A stretch of 33,458 nt of DNA from Candidatus Nanopelagicales bacterium (GCA_044346095.1 JBIIZV010000001.1:1-33458), one strand, 5' to 3'. Shown: positions 6,010-16,105, counted from the stretch's first letter. Made by a program: numbers and translations. The notes: generated by a model not told the origin, from the sequence alone.

Positions 6010-8910
6010 GTGAGCATAAATTCAGAACGTCCTCGTCGTAGCCCTCTCGGTATAACCCTTACGGTTCTTGCCGGCCTTTTTGTCGCATTTTCAATATTTG
6101 CTGGCTTCTATACCGACTGGCAGTGGTACGGCTCGGTAGGGCGAACCGATGTGTTCACTCAGCAGCTCACAATCAGAGCAATCCTGTTCATCTCAGTGAC
6201 AGTGTTGACAGCTCTCAGCCTTTGGGGCGCTGCCACCCTGGCTTATCGCTCCCGTCCGATCAACTTGCCATCAACACCTGAGGAATTCGCGCTACAGAAG
6301 TATCGGGAAAGCCTTGATCCGTTTCGTCGTTTAGTTTTCATTGCTGGACCAATTGCGTTTGGTGTTCTGACTGGACTTTCGGCGGCAAGTCAATGGAAGA
6401 CTTTCATGCTGTGGAGCAACTCCACTCCTTTTGGCCAGACCGATCCACAATTCGGAAAAGACATTTCGTTCTATGCTTTTGAGCTTCCATTCTTGAGATT
6501 CTTCTTAGGATTTGGATTTACCATTCTGATCATTTCTTTGATCGTGAATGTTGTCGTTCACTACATCTATGGCGGACTAAGCACAAAGATTTCTCAATCA
6601 ACAGATTCTGCTCGCCGTCACTTGATGTTTTTGCTTGGCACGCTTGCTCTACTAAAGGCCGGCGCCTATTCGATTGATAAGTATTCTTTGGCAACGAAAT
6701 CTGATGCCTTAATTACGGGACTTAAGTACACGGATGTAAATGCTGTTGTTCCTGCTAAAACAATCTTGACTTACATTGCGCTAGCAACTGCAATTCTGTT
6801 TTTTGTCGCAATCTTCAGAAAAGGATGGGCGCTGCCATTTATTGCATTCGGTGCAATGCTAGGTGCATCGTTTGTGATTGGTGGTCTGTATCCAGCTTTC
6901 GTTCAGCAGTTCCAAGTTAAGCCCTCGGAATTGCAACGTGAAGCTCCGTACATTCAGCGAAACATTGACTCCACGCTTTCTGCATATGGCCTGAACGACG
7001 TTAAGTTCACCGACTATGCAGCAATTGATAACCCATCATTAGCCTCGTTGGCCGAAGATGCTGGAACGCTTTCTAACATTCGTTTACTTGACCCAGCTCT
7101 GAATTCGCCAACGTTTAGCCAGTTGCAACAGATTCGTGGTTTCTATGCTTTCCCAGAAACGCTTGACGTTGACCGTTACTTAATCGATGGCGTTAAGCGA
7201 GGAACTGTTATTGCAGTTCGCGAGGTAAATCTTGAAGGTCTAGCTGACGATCAGCGAAATTGGTTTAACGACCACATGGTCTTTACCCATGGCTATGGTG
7301 TCGTTGCAGCTTATGAGAATACGGCTGAAGCAGATGGTGCTCCTAAGTTTGCAGAGAGCAACATTCCACCATCAGGCAAGCTAGACATTGATCAACCGCG
7401 AATCTATTTCGGTGAGCAATCTCCGGCTTACTCCATTGTTGGTAGCGATGGCAGTCAGCCACCAATCGAACTTGATTTCCCAGACGACAAGAGTGCAAAT
7501 GGCCAAACCAACAACACCTACACAGGTGCTGGTGGTGTCCCAATTGGAAACATGATTCAGCGTGCAATCTTTGCGTTGAACTACCAAGAGACAAACATTT
7601 TGTTGTCGAATCAAATCGGTTCAGAATCAAAGATTCTTTATGATCGCGATCCAAAGATACGTGTTGCAAAAGTTGCTCCGTGGCTAACTCTTGATGGCGA
7701 TCCGTACCCAGCCGTTATTGATGGCAAGGTGCAATGGATTGTTGATGGTTACACAACTACAAATGAATTCCCATACTCAGCTCGCATCTCATTACGTGAT
7801 GCAACTGCGGATTCAGTAAACACTCAATTCGAATCGATTCCACTTAGTGCTGGAAACATCACTTACATTCGCAATGCCGTGAAGGCAACTGTGGATGCAT
7901 ATGACGGAACTGTAAATGTTTACGCATGGGATGAAAAAGATCCGATTCTACAAACTTGGAGCAAAGCATTCCCAGGCGTAGTTCAGCCTAAGTCTGCAAT
8001 TCCTGCTGGAGTACTGGATCACATTCGGTACCCAGAAGATATGTTCAAGGTTCAGCGCGATGTGCTTGCTAAGTACCACGTAGGTGACCCACAGGCCTTC
8101 TACTCTGGTCAGGATTTCTGGATCGTTCCAGAAGATCCAACTAAGCCAACTGTTGGTCAAGCTCAGCCGCCTTATTACTTAACGTTGCAGATGCCAGATC
8201 AAGAGGCACCTACCTTCTCGTTAACAACTACGTATGCGCCAACTAAGCGTCAAACCTTAGCTGCATTCATGTCGGTTAACTCGGATTATGGGGACGACTA
8301 CGGAACGATTCGAGTTTTGCAACTTCCGCGAAATACGACAATTCCTGGACCTCGTCAGGTGCAGAATAACTTCGAGTCTGACCCTGAAGTAGCAAAGCAA
8401 CTTTCCTTGTTGCGAAGTGGTGGGTCCGATGTTGTTCTAGGTAACTTGCTTTCGTTGCCAGTCGGTGGCGGTTTGCTTTACTTCGAACCGGTCTACGTTC
8501 GAGCGTCCCAAGGCGAAGGTTATCCATTGCTTCGTAAGGTGCTTGTGTCCTTCGGATCCAAGGTTGCTTTCGAAGATGATTTGGAAACCGCGCTGAAGAA
8601 GGTGTTCACCGGACAAACCACAATTCCAGTAGATCCGGCTGATCCCGAAGCTCCTGCGGCACCAGTAACAACGCCAGAACAAGATCTGGCGAAGGCAATT
8701 ATCGACGCTAACAAGGCCTACACCGACGGTGTAGCGGCGTTGGCTGCTGGTGACTTTGCCGCTTACGGTGAAGCGCAGGATCGACTGTCAGAGGCGCTAG
8801 ACCGTGCTACTACCGCGGGTAGTCAGATTGCGGGAGAGAGCCTGGCGCCAACGCCAGCTCCATCCCCAGTCGCGACTCCGGCTCCATCTCCAAGCCAACC
8901 AGCAAGTTAG
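6010..8910 (+). CDS. UPF0182 family large membrane protein
   Basis: 966 aa with an N-terminal multi-TM region (YTDWQWY...), a large extracytoplasmic body and a Pro/Ala-rich tail. The architecture is typical of actinobacterial UPF0182. GTG start. Confidence 0.8.
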   Translation: MSINSERPRRSPLGITLTVLAGLFVAFSIFAGFYTDWQWYGSVGRTDVFTQQLTIRAILFISVTVLTALSLWGAATLAYRSRPINLPSTPEEFALQKYRESLDPFRRLVFIAGPIAFGVLTGLSAASQWKTFMLWSNSTPFGQTDPQFGKDISFYAFELPFLRFFLGFGFTILIISLIVNVVVHYIYGGLSTKISQSTDSARRHLMFLLGTLALLKAGAYSIDKYSLATKSDALITGLKYTDVNAVVPAKTILTYIALATAILFFVAIFRKGWALPFIAFGAMLGASFVIGGLYPAFVQQFQVKPSELQREAPYIQRNIDSTLSAYGLNDVKFTDYAAIDNPSLASLAEDAGTLSNIRLLDPALNSPTFSQLQQIRGFYAFPETLDVDRYLIDGVKRGTVIAVREVNLEGLADDQRNWFNDHMVFTHGYGVVAAYENTAEADGAPKFAESNIPPSGKLDIDQPRIYFGEQSPAYSIVGSDGSQPPIELDFPDDKSANGQTNNTYTGAGGVPIGNMIQRAIFALNYQETNILLSNQIGSESKILYDRDPKIRVAKVAPWLTLDGDPYPAVIDGKVQWIVDGYTTTNEFPYSARISLRDATADSVNTQFESIPLSAGNITYIRNAVKATVDAYDGTVNVYAWDEKDPILQTWSKAFPGVVQPKSAIPAGVLDHIRYPEDMFKVQRDVLAKYHVGDPQAFYSGQDFWIVPEDPTKPTVGQAQPPYYLTLQMPDQEAPTFSLTTTYAPTKRQTLAAFMSVNSDYGDDYGTIRVLQLPRNTTIPGPRQVQNNFESDPEVAKQLSLLRSGGSDVVLGNLLSLPVGGGLLYFEPVYVRASQGEGYPLLRKVLVSFGSKVAFEDDLETALKKVFTGQTTIPVDPADPEAPAAPVTTPEQDLAKAIIDANKAYTDGVAALAAGDFAAYGEAQDRLSEALDRATTAGSQIAGESLAPTPAPSPVATPAPSPSQPAS

Positions 8911-8954
8911 CGATTTGGTTGGGCTGGAATCCTCGCGTATCCTTGAAAAACCGA

Positions 8955-9028
8955 CGCGGGGTGGAGCAGCTCGGTAGCTCGCTGGGCTCATAACCCAGAG
9001 GTCACAGGTTCAAATCCTGTCCCCGCTA
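8955..9028 (+). tRNA. initiator tRNA-fMet (CAT)
   Basis: Folds as a cloverleaf: acceptor CGCGGGG/CCCCGCU with a 1:72 mismatch. Anticodon stem CUGGG/CCCAG has three consecutive G-C pairs, loop CUCAUAA, T-loop UUCAAAU. No encoded CCA. Confidence 0.9.
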
Positions 9029-9035
9029 CTAAAAA

Positions 9036-9066
9036 GAAAAGACACCTTCGGGTGTCTTTTCTTTTT
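9036..9066 (+). terminator. intrinsic terminator (A-tract/T-tract flanked, potentially bidirectional)
   Basis: GAAAAGACACC-ttcg-GGTGTCTTTTC is an 11-bp stem followed by TTTTT. Confidence 0.75.
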
Positions 9067-9184
9067 ATCTAAGTAAGTGAGCCAGGATTTGGGACGAGTA
9101 ATTTGCGGGTGTAACCGCAAATTAGGAGGGGTCCTGTCCCTTCCTTGGTGGAAACAATAATCCGCAAACTTTTTGGTTCCCCAA

Positions 9185-10273
9185 TCAATCACTCAAAATC
9201 TCAGTGATCTTTTCCGCATCACGCAAAATCGATCCACCGATCAAAAGTGGTTGAGTGTCATCTAGATTTCTAAGCTGAGTGATGGCCTTCTGGCGTTGGT
9301 CCTGCCAGTCTTCAAGATCTTCATGCTGAACGTCAGCAGGGGAGTCCTCGGCAATTTCAGCCTGATCAGAAATCACTTCCGCGGTTGCACTAAGCACTCC
9401 AGCTAAAGCGGCAGCCAATAGGGCAGGCAACTGTTGCGAGCTGCCCGAAGTAAGTACCAGCTCGCGACAGATGTTTAGCACAGTGCTAGCTGTGGCCTCA
9501 GTAAGTTCAATTTGTTCAACTACCGCTTTAGCTTCCGCATGATCGATAGCAGGCGACCAAGCAGATCCAGCTAATGCGGATTCAGCATTAGCCTTGATCT
9601 CAGCAATTTCATTTGCGATGAATTCAGCACGAGCCAACCATTTACTAGCAATTTTCGGATCAACTGTGCCGTCATTTTCAGTTAATGCCTTAGCGATTGC
9701 GTTAAGCAATGCTGACAAAGCGAACGACTGCTCAATACCGGCCTTCAGTGCGCGGTCTTGTGGTGAGCCTTTTCGCACGAAGTATGAGGCAAAAGTAGCA
9801 AGAGTCGCTCCGAGTAGCACACCGAAAAAGCGTTCCTCAATGGTGCTAGCAGTAACGCTTGGGCCGACTACCAAAATCACCGTAACGGCAATTGCGATAG
9901 CCCCTTCTTCACCAAGTTTTAACAACCGCGCTGTAACAAAGCAGGTGAATATTGCAAACATGACTACGACGGAGTTAAATCCGACAAGTCTCATCGCAGC
10001 AAATGCAACCGTGCCTCCGATAACAACGCCGAGAATTTGGAGGAAGCTTCCTTGAATTGAGTCATGGAAAGTATGGCGAACCGAAACGATCGCCGTGATT
10101 GCTGCGGTAACACCAGAAACCATTGGAAGATTTGCACCAATGAAGTAAGCCAATGTGCCAGCAATAGTGGTTAGGGTTGCTAGTCGAAAGTACGGTGCAT
10201 TAATGATGTCAATGAGTGTGACTTTTTCACCCGCTACATTTCGCGGGGTAAAGAAATCCTTTACTTTGGACAT
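9185..10273 (-). CDS. membrane protein, FUSC/aromatic-acid-exporter-like (tentative)
   Basis: About 5 N-terminal TM segments followed by a long helical cytoplasmic domain. The family call is by architecture only. Confidence 0.45.
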   Translation of the reverse strand: MSKVKDFFTPRNVAGEKVTLIDIINAPYFRLATLTTIAGTLAYFIGANLPMVSGVTAAITAIVSVRHTFHDSIQGSFLQILGVVIGGTVAFAAMRLVGFNSVVVMFAIFTCFVTARLLKLGEEGAIAIAVTVILVVGPSVTASTIEERFFGVLLGATLATFASYFVRKGSPQDRALKAGIEQSFALSALLNAIAKALTENDGTVDPKIASKWLARAEFIANEIAEIKANAESALAGSAWSPAIDHAEAKAVVEQIELTEATASTVLNICRELVLTSGSSQQLPALLAAALAGVLSATAEVISDQAEIAEDSPADVQHEDLEDWQDQRQKAITQLRNLDDTQPLLIGGSILRDAEKITEILSD

Positions 10274-10336
10274 GGCTTGCTTTCTGATTGAGCTACCTTA
10301 ATTCTACCCAATTCGGACAACAAGATTTCCGATGAA

Positions 10337-10774
10337 CTAAATGGTTATGGTTGCCAGATCGTTTTGCGAATTGGCATCAATCGAGACTTGCATTCCGTCT
10401 TGTAGTTGCTCATATTCTGCTGTTTCAAGTTCAACAATTGGCAGACTAATGTCATAAATCTCTGCAGATACCAGTGCACCGATCACCAGGATTGTGTCGC
10501 ATTGCAGCATCACAATTGCTAGGGGACCATCGCCAGTTCTAATCAATTCCGCCAAAACTGCAGTTGCGGAACTTGAGCCACGTCCAGAAGGCATAACCAA
10601 AATCTTGTTAGTCATCTTGGCTTTGTGCTGGGCATGGTGCACATCAATTATTACGCCATGATGATCCACGCCGCCCCAAAATGAAACAGGTTCGGTCAGT
10701 AACAGCACTTCACCCTCGGCCACCCCGGGATGAGAAATCTTGCCTGTCAATACTTTTGCCATGATTACGACCAC
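10337..10774 (-). CDS. aconitase X swivel-domain subunit (DUF126)
   Basis: About 140 aa directly after the DUF521-like ORF, overlapping it. Motifs GEVLLL...SFWGGVD...ILVMPSGRGSSS. An alternative ATG start at 10762 lies 2 nt after the upstream stop. Confidence 0.75.
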   Translation of the reverse strand: MVVIMAKVLTGKISHPGVAEGEVLLLTEPVSFWGGVDHHGVIIDVHHAQHKAKMTNKILVMPSGRGSSSATAVLAELIRTGDGPLAIVMLQCDTILVIGALVSAEIYDISLPIVELETAEYEQLQDGMQVSIDANSQNDLATITI

Positions 10775-12045
10775 AAACTTTCATCACGGACGACTTTGCC
10801 AGCCCGGGCGGATGCCACACATTCCGCAAGACTGCCCAGCACGGTGTCGATGCCAAGGTTTCCAGGCGCGTACCAGGCCCACTTACCTGAATTAGTCATC
10901 ACATTCTTTACGTCACGATTAAGTACTGGTGTTACGTAAGTACAGGTATCTGTCACAACACGCCCGCCAGCGTTGAGGAAAACATCTAGATATCCCAACT
11001 CTTTGGAGCGCGCCATTACATCTCTGCTGGTTGAAATGTAGAAATCAATTTTCTCGGCAAACTTTGGACCATCACCAATAACTTCAGCCAACAACCTGAA
11101 CTCATCAACTGAAAAGTGGGGTGTTCCAAGACTTACCGCATCTAGCTTTTCACTTGATGTTGTACTCAACGTGTCTCTGGCTTCCCTTACATCAGCAGCT
11201 GTAATCTTTAAGTACTCAGCATTTGGCGCAACGATAGCTTCCAAGGTTGGTGCTTCTGGAGTTACGCCAACTACGTGAAATAGTCCAACGCCACCAGCCG
11301 AAGCACTGGTTGCCCCCATTCCCTTCAGGCGATCTTCGGTAACGCCACCGTCGGACAGATCACCAGGCAGGCCAACCATGGCAGCAACTCGAGTGCCAGC
11401 TCGATTACCTAAGATCACGCCAAGTGCTGCCCAGGCAGCGTCTTCAGAAAACACTTTTGAGTCAATCTCGGAAAAATCTAAAACCAAAACGGCCTTACGT
11501 GCCTCGTCATGATGGAGCCCACCAAATGGAACTCGTCCTGTAATTGCAGCCGATAAATCTAGAAAGTCCCCATATCTATCAGAACGTGCACCAAGGACCG
11601 AATTAACAAAGGCAATCGCATTTGACTCCGCCCAAGCCACGTGACTGCCGAATGCTGGACGATGGCCAGCTTGATAAGGCGCGCATGACCATGTCGGTTC
11701 ACAACCAAGAGCAATGTGCGCATCCATCAAGCGGCGGCCATGCGCCATTAAGGTTTCGTCGCCATGAACCAAATTGGGGTGCAATAAATCTAGAGAGCCA
11801 ACATTGGTTGTGGTCTTTACTTTCACCTTGCCACCAAGCTCAACAAGCTTTTCAGTGAAATCTAAGCCCGCTTCACCGTGATACAAAGTTCCATCGGCAT
11901 GGACTGATTCAATTTCAATTAACTTCTCGGCGCCGTTGGCCCGAGCAACACCAACGATGATTCGCATACACATTGCGACTGCTGGACCATGTTCACCGTC
12001 AAGCATGGCTTGCTCCTCGGAAGTAAGAGTGAGCGGTGTTGACAT
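10765..12045 (-). CDS. aconitase X catalytic subunit (DUF521)
   Basis: N-terminus LTSEEQAMLDGEHGPAVAMCMRIIV and 426 aa length are typical of the DUF521 large subunit. Paired with a DUF126 ORF. Confidence 0.8.
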   Translation of the reverse strand: MSTPLTLTSEEQAMLDGEHGPAVAMCMRIIVGVARANGAEKLIEIESVHADGTLYHGEAGLDFTEKLVELGGKVKVKTTTNVGSLDLLHPNLVHGDETLMAHGRRLMDAHIALGCEPTWSCAPYQAGHRPAFGSHVAWAESNAIAFVNSVLGARSDRYGDFLDLSAAITGRVPFGGLHHDEARKAVLVLDFSEIDSKVFSEDAAWAALGVILGNRAGTRVAAMVGLPGDLSDGGVTEDRLKGMGATSASAGGVGLFHVVGVTPEAPTLEAIVAPNAEYLKITAADVREARDTLSTTSSEKLDAVSLGTPHFSVDEFRLLAEVIGDGPKFAEKIDFYISTSRDVMARSKELGYLDVFLNAGGRVVTDTCTYVTPVLNRDVKNVMTNSGKWAWYAPGNLGIDTVLGSLAECVASARAGKVVRDESLWS

Positions 12046-12108
12046 GTTAACTCCGATAAGTAAGTAGGCGTAATAAGACTATCTCTAGCAATACGGCACA
12101 ATAGGGTT

Positions 12109-13047
12109 ATGACTTTGCCGACGCCAATAGTTTTAGATTGCGATCCTGGGCACGATGACGCGATGGCGATTTTGTTGGCTGCAGCGCACCCCGCGATCGA
12201 ACTTTTGGGCATCACAACTGTTTCGGGCAATGGTTCGTTAGAAAAAGTTACCTACAATGCTCAACGAATTTGTGCGTTAGCGAACATAACGGTTCCAATT
12301 GCTAAGGGTGCAAATGACCCAATGGCTGGCAAGGCAAGTGCTGCGCCAACCATCCATGGTGCAACTGCTCTGGATGGCGCGGAGTTGCCAGAACCAACCT
12401 ATGAACTAAGCCCGCTATCGGCCGTTGAGTTGATTGCAGACCTAATCAGGAATTGCGATCGAAAAGTTACTTTAATCCCAACTGGTCCACTGACAAACAT
12501 CGCCTTGTTCTTGCAGGCATATCCGGAACTTCATGACCGTATCGAACACATTTCGTTTATGGGCGGCAGCACTGAACGTGGTAACTGGACTCCGTATGCA
12601 GAATTCAATATCTGGGCAGACCCGGAAGCTGCAGACATTGTGCTTCGAAGTGGATTGCCTTTGATTATGTCCGGCTTGAACATTACTCACCAAGCGCTGG
12701 CAACTTCGGAAGTCTTGGATCGCATCTCAAAACTGGATACAAAACTGGCGCACACAATTGTCGACTTGCTTAAGTTCTTTGCCGATACCTATCGGGATGT
12801 TTTTGGAATGCCAGATCCTCCGGTTCACGACCCAGTTGCCTTGGCAATCATCATTGACATGACCGTAGCCAAACTAGTTTCAGCGCCTGTCTCCGTTGAG
12901 TTGAGTGGCGAACTCACCCGAGGCGCTACTGTCGTTGACTTGCATGGCACAACAGGCCAAAAAGCAAACGTCGACGTGGCAATGGAATTGGATGTTGAAA
13001 AATTCTGGGACATGTTGGTCGACGCGATTGATGCATTGGGAGCCTAA
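12109..13047 (+). CDS. nucleoside hydrolase (IUNH family)
   Basis: N-terminal DCDPGHDDAMAI aspartate cluster; 312 aa. Confidence 0.85.
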   Translation: MTLPTPIVLDCDPGHDDAMAILLAAAHPAIELLGITTVSGNGSLEKVTYNAQRICALANITVPIAKGANDPMAGKASAAPTIHGATALDGAELPEPTYELSPLSAVELIADLIRNCDRKVTLIPTGPLTNIALFLQAYPELHDRIEHISFMGGSTERGNWTPYAEFNIWADPEAADIVLRSGLPLIMSGLNITHQALATSEVLDRISKLDTKLAHTIVDLLKFFADTYRDVFGMPDPPVHDPVALAIIIDMTVAKLVSAPVSVELSGELTRGATVVDLHGTTGQKANVDVAMELDVEKFWDMLVDAIDALGA

Positions 13048-13072
13048 AGTCTTGCGCCGATAGAGTTAGGGC

Positions 13073-13966
13073 GTGACTACACGCCAGCTAAACATGTACT
13101 TCTGGACCTTTATGTTCTGGGGACTTTCCTTTGTTTGGCTAACCAAAGTGGTTGAAACCTTTGGCTGGGTTGGTGGCGTAAGCTTTCGGGCGTTTACAGC
13201 AGTTCTAATCCTTTTGGTTCTGGCCAAGATTATGAAGGTTGCACTTACTTACGATGTGAATGACACCAAGCACTATGCGATATTGGGCGCCACTTCAGTT
13301 GCCATGAATCTTGGCGGCATGACATATGCGCTTTCAAAACTTGGAACTGCGCTTACTGCAATTCTGGTAACAACCATCCCGCTTTACAGTGCGCTAATCG
13401 AAAGAGTTTGGGGCAAAGCGAAGCACACCAAGTTAATGATCTTGGGTTTGTGGATAGGTTTTGGGGGAGTAGTAATCCTGATCGGCCTTTCTTCACAGGC
13501 CCTAGATTTAGACTTCCTACTTGGATTTATCGGATCAACTATTGCCTCATTTGGATTCGCACTCGGTGGTAACTATTCCAAGGTCAGGGCGCAACATATT
13601 GGTGCGTGGGAGCAGACCATCGGAACCTTCACATTTGGCGGACTTTACCTTTTGCCATTTATGTTTGTAGTACCTATCGTTAAGACCCCGACGTTTGCAT
13701 CATTCGGATGGCTCTTCTTATTAGCCGGCACAGCAAGCTCATTGGCTTACATTTTGTACTTCCGCCTAGTAGCCGAAATTGGTGCGACTAAGGCCCTTAC
13801 AACAGAATTTATGGTTCCAGTGGTGGCCGTAATCGTTGGCGCAGCATTCCTAGGGGAGGCCGTAACCGTCACAGACCTAATCGGTGCAGCCTGCATCTTA
13901 CTTGGGAGCGCATTAGTTCTGGGACTTTTGCCACTGCGACGTGACGCCAAGTCGATTGCTGCCTAA
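13073..13966 (+). CDS. DMT (EamA-like) family transporter
   Basis: About 10 TM segments in a two-repeat arrangement. GTG 13073 or ATG 13094 are possible starts. Confidence 0.7.
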   Translation: MTTRQLNMYFWTFMFWGLSFVWLTKVVETFGWVGGVSFRAFTAVLILLVLAKIMKVALTYDVNDTKHYAILGATSVAMNLGGMTYALSKLGTALTAILVTTIPLYSALIERVWGKAKHTKLMILGLWIGFGGVVILIGLSSQALDLDFLLGFIGSTIASFGFALGGNYSKVRAQHIGAWEQTIGTFTFGGLYLLPFMFVVPIVKTPTFASFGWLFLLAGTASSLAYILYFRLVAEIGATKALTTEFMVPVVAVIVGAAFLGEAVTVTDLIGAACILLGSALVLGLLPLRRDAKSIAA

Positions 13967-15301
13967 ATGTCTGGCAACAAGATGCCAAAGCGATATGGCT
14001 GGAACACTCCAGTAACGGCGGTTGGTCCACAAGGTGGGTCAATGCTTCGAAACATAAAGAACATAACGTCTGATCCACTCACATATCTCGAAGCAACTTG
14101 GGCCGAGTTTGGCGATGTAGTTCAGTTTCCAATTCCAAAACCTGCTACCTATTTGGTTACCAGCCCAGAAGGCGCAAAGGAAGTCCTAGTTAATCAACAT
14201 AACGAAACTTCTAAACGAACTTTGCAATACAACAATCTTTCACTTGTAACTGGAGATGGATTGCTGACTGCTGATACTCAAGCTTGGCGACCTAGACGAA
14301 GAATGCTGCAGCCAGCTTTTCATAAAGAGATGGTTGCCCTCTCCGAACATCACATTGAAGCTGGATTAGTCAAACTAGATGCTCAGTGGACTGAATTAAC
14401 TTCGGAAGGTCCAGCGATAGTTGACATGGATCACGCAATGATGAGTTTGGCGCTTGAGATCACATGCGGTGCACTCTTTGGAATCGAAGTCGATGACGAT
14501 GTCGATGAGATAACCTCCGCGACATTAACCGCACTCCACGGAGTTGTAGCGCGAGCCCGAAATCCGATTTCATTGCCATTAGTTATTCCAACTCAAGCAA
14601 ATCTGAAGATGAAGCGGGCAATTAAGCGACTCGATAAAGCAGTTGATGCAATCTTGAGTTCTCGGACTTTAGATAAACTCCCAGACGATGCTCCAATTCG
14701 TGACATGTTAGATGTTTTGCTAGATCCTGATTTAGAAACGCCATTAACAAAGCAACAAATCCGCGACGAGATAGCAACATTTATTGTGGCTGGCCATGAA
14801 ACGGTTGCTAGTGCCCTCACCTGGGCTTGGCATTTGTTAGTTGCTAATCCAGATGAATTGCAAAAGCTAAAGAAGGATCCAACGCGAGCTCAAATGGTTT
14901 TCGACGAATCTCTGCGGCTTTACCCACCGGCTTGGGTTATTACGCGTCGGACATTAAGTGACTTAACGGTCGATGATGTCCTGATTCCAGCAAATTCTCT
15001 TGTGATTGTGAGTCCGTGGTTGGTGCATCGAAATCCAAAAGCTTGGGAAAATCCAACTGCATTTATGCCTGACCGGTTTAAAGCAGGTACTCCACAACTT
15101 GGCTACATTCCGTTTGGTGCGGGCGCTCGCTTATGTATTGGAAAAGAAATGGCAAGACTTGAAGGTTCACAAATCTTGGCCCATATCGCGACGACGTGGA
15201 ACATTGAAGCAGTGCACAATTCGCCAGTACCGATTGATGCTTCGGTAACTTTGCGACCAGTGGCTGGGATGCCAGTACGAATCTCGCGCTTAGTTAAGTA
15301 A
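13967..15301 (+). CDS. cytochrome P450
   Basis: I-helix AGHETVA, K-helix ESLRLYPP, PDRF, heme loop FGAGARLCIGKEMA. ATG abuts the DMT stop (TAAATG); an internal ATG at 14042 is also possible. Confidence 0.9.
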   Translation: MSGNKMPKRYGWNTPVTAVGPQGGSMLRNIKNITSDPLTYLEATWAEFGDVVQFPIPKPATYLVTSPEGAKEVLVNQHNETSKRTLQYNNLSLVTGDGLLTADTQAWRPRRRMLQPAFHKEMVALSEHHIEAGLVKLDAQWTELTSEGPAIVDMDHAMMSLALEITCGALFGIEVDDDVDEITSATLTALHGVVARARNPISLPLVIPTQANLKMKRAIKRLDKAVDAILSSRTLDKLPDDAPIRDMLDVLLDPDLETPLTKQQIRDEIATFIVAGHETVASALTWAWHLLVANPDELQKLKKDPTRAQMVFDESLRLYPPAWVITRRTLSDLTVDDVLIPANSLVIVSPWLVHRNPKAWENPTAFMPDRFKAGTPQLGYIPFGAGARLCIGKEMARLEGSQILAHIATTWNIEAVHNSPVPIDASVTLRPVAGMPVRISRLVK

Positions 15302-16060
15302 CTTTAAAACTTGATCATGCAGCAAGGCATTAGTGGTAATTGCATGACCAGCCTGCATAGGGCTTTGACCCTTTATTCCTGTGACCCTACAGCCAGCTGC
15401 ATTAGCAATCGCTATGAACGCTGCCATGTCATAGTTTTGTAATTCTGGTTCGATTGCGATGTCGACTGCACCTTCGGCAACGAGAAGGTGCGACCAAAAG
15501 TCACCATAGCCTCTGGTACGCCAAACTGCATTCGTAATCTTTGCAAGTGAGTCTTTGCCGAGTAAATCCCAGCCGATTGGATCTGAATAAGAAAATGATG
15601 CATCGCTTAGCGATTGCACTTTTGACGGTGAAATCTTCCGTACAGAACCATCAACATCTTTAGTAAATGCCCCATCTTCAGGACTAGCCCACCAACGCCT
15701 TCCCATGGCGGGCGCAGATACCACGCCAACAACTGGCTCACTATCGATTGCAAGTGCGATAAGGGTTCCCCATACTGGAACACCTCGCACATAATTCTTA
15801 GTTGCATCGATTGGATCAATAATCCAAGTTCGCGATGCGGATTCATTGGTATTTGGAAACTCTTCACCGATCACGCCATCGGCGGGACGATTGCTAGCAA
15901 GTAATTCACGCAGCTTAGTTTCAACTGCGCGGTCAGCTTCTGTGACAGGAGTGAAGTCTGGCTTGGTTTCGATACTGAGATCTAAAGCGCGATACCTAGA
16001 CATAGCCAACTGGTCTGCGACCGCAGCCATTTCCAAAGCCAATTCAAGATCTGAGTTCAT
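15290..16060 (-). CDS. hisN: histidinol-phosphatase, IMPase family (HisN-like)
   Basis: KPDFTPVTEADRAVE...GEEF and WIIDPIDATKNY motifs. Its position next to rsgA/aroA is as in other Actinobacteria. Confidence 0.75.
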   Translation of the reverse strand: MNSDLELALEMAAVADQLAMSRYRALDLSIETKPDFTPVTEADRAVETKLRELLASNRPADGVIGEEFPNTNESASRTWIIDPIDATKNYVRGVPVWGTLIALAIDSEPVVGVVSAPAMGRRWWASPEDGAFTKDVDGSVRKISPSKVQSLSDASFSYSDPIGWDLLGKDSLAKITNAVWRTRGYGDFWSHLLVAEGAVDIAIEPELQNYDMAAFIAIANAAGCRVTGIKGQSPMQAGHAITTNALLHDQVLKLLN

Positions 16061-16105
16061 GACTTTACGCTACTGGCAAATTCTTGTGGACCGAAATTTG
16101 GCACT

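Noticed and set aside
9091-9140. Perfect 9-bp hairpin AATTTGCGG-gtgtaa-CCGCAAATT (9100-9123) flanked by GGGAC...GTCCC, plus a third CCGCAAA copy at 9162-9168, between tRNA-fMet and the convergent membrane-protein gene
   Set aside because: There is no U-tract on either strand, so it is not a canonical terminator. It has no adjacent ORF with proper SD spacing and no recognisable RNA family. It may be a small structured element or a processing site, but I cannot support a call.
8911-9184. Possibility of an integrated element or att site next to tRNA-fMet or tRNA-Arg (31932-32004)
   Set aside because: No integrase or recombinase gene, no direct repeat of the tRNA 3' end and no compositional break are visible near either tRNA.
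9010-9192. Track ORF 9010-9192 (-), 60 aa
   Set aside because: It overlaps the 3' end of tRNA-fMet and the terminator hairpin, and its composition is low-complexity. It is spurious.
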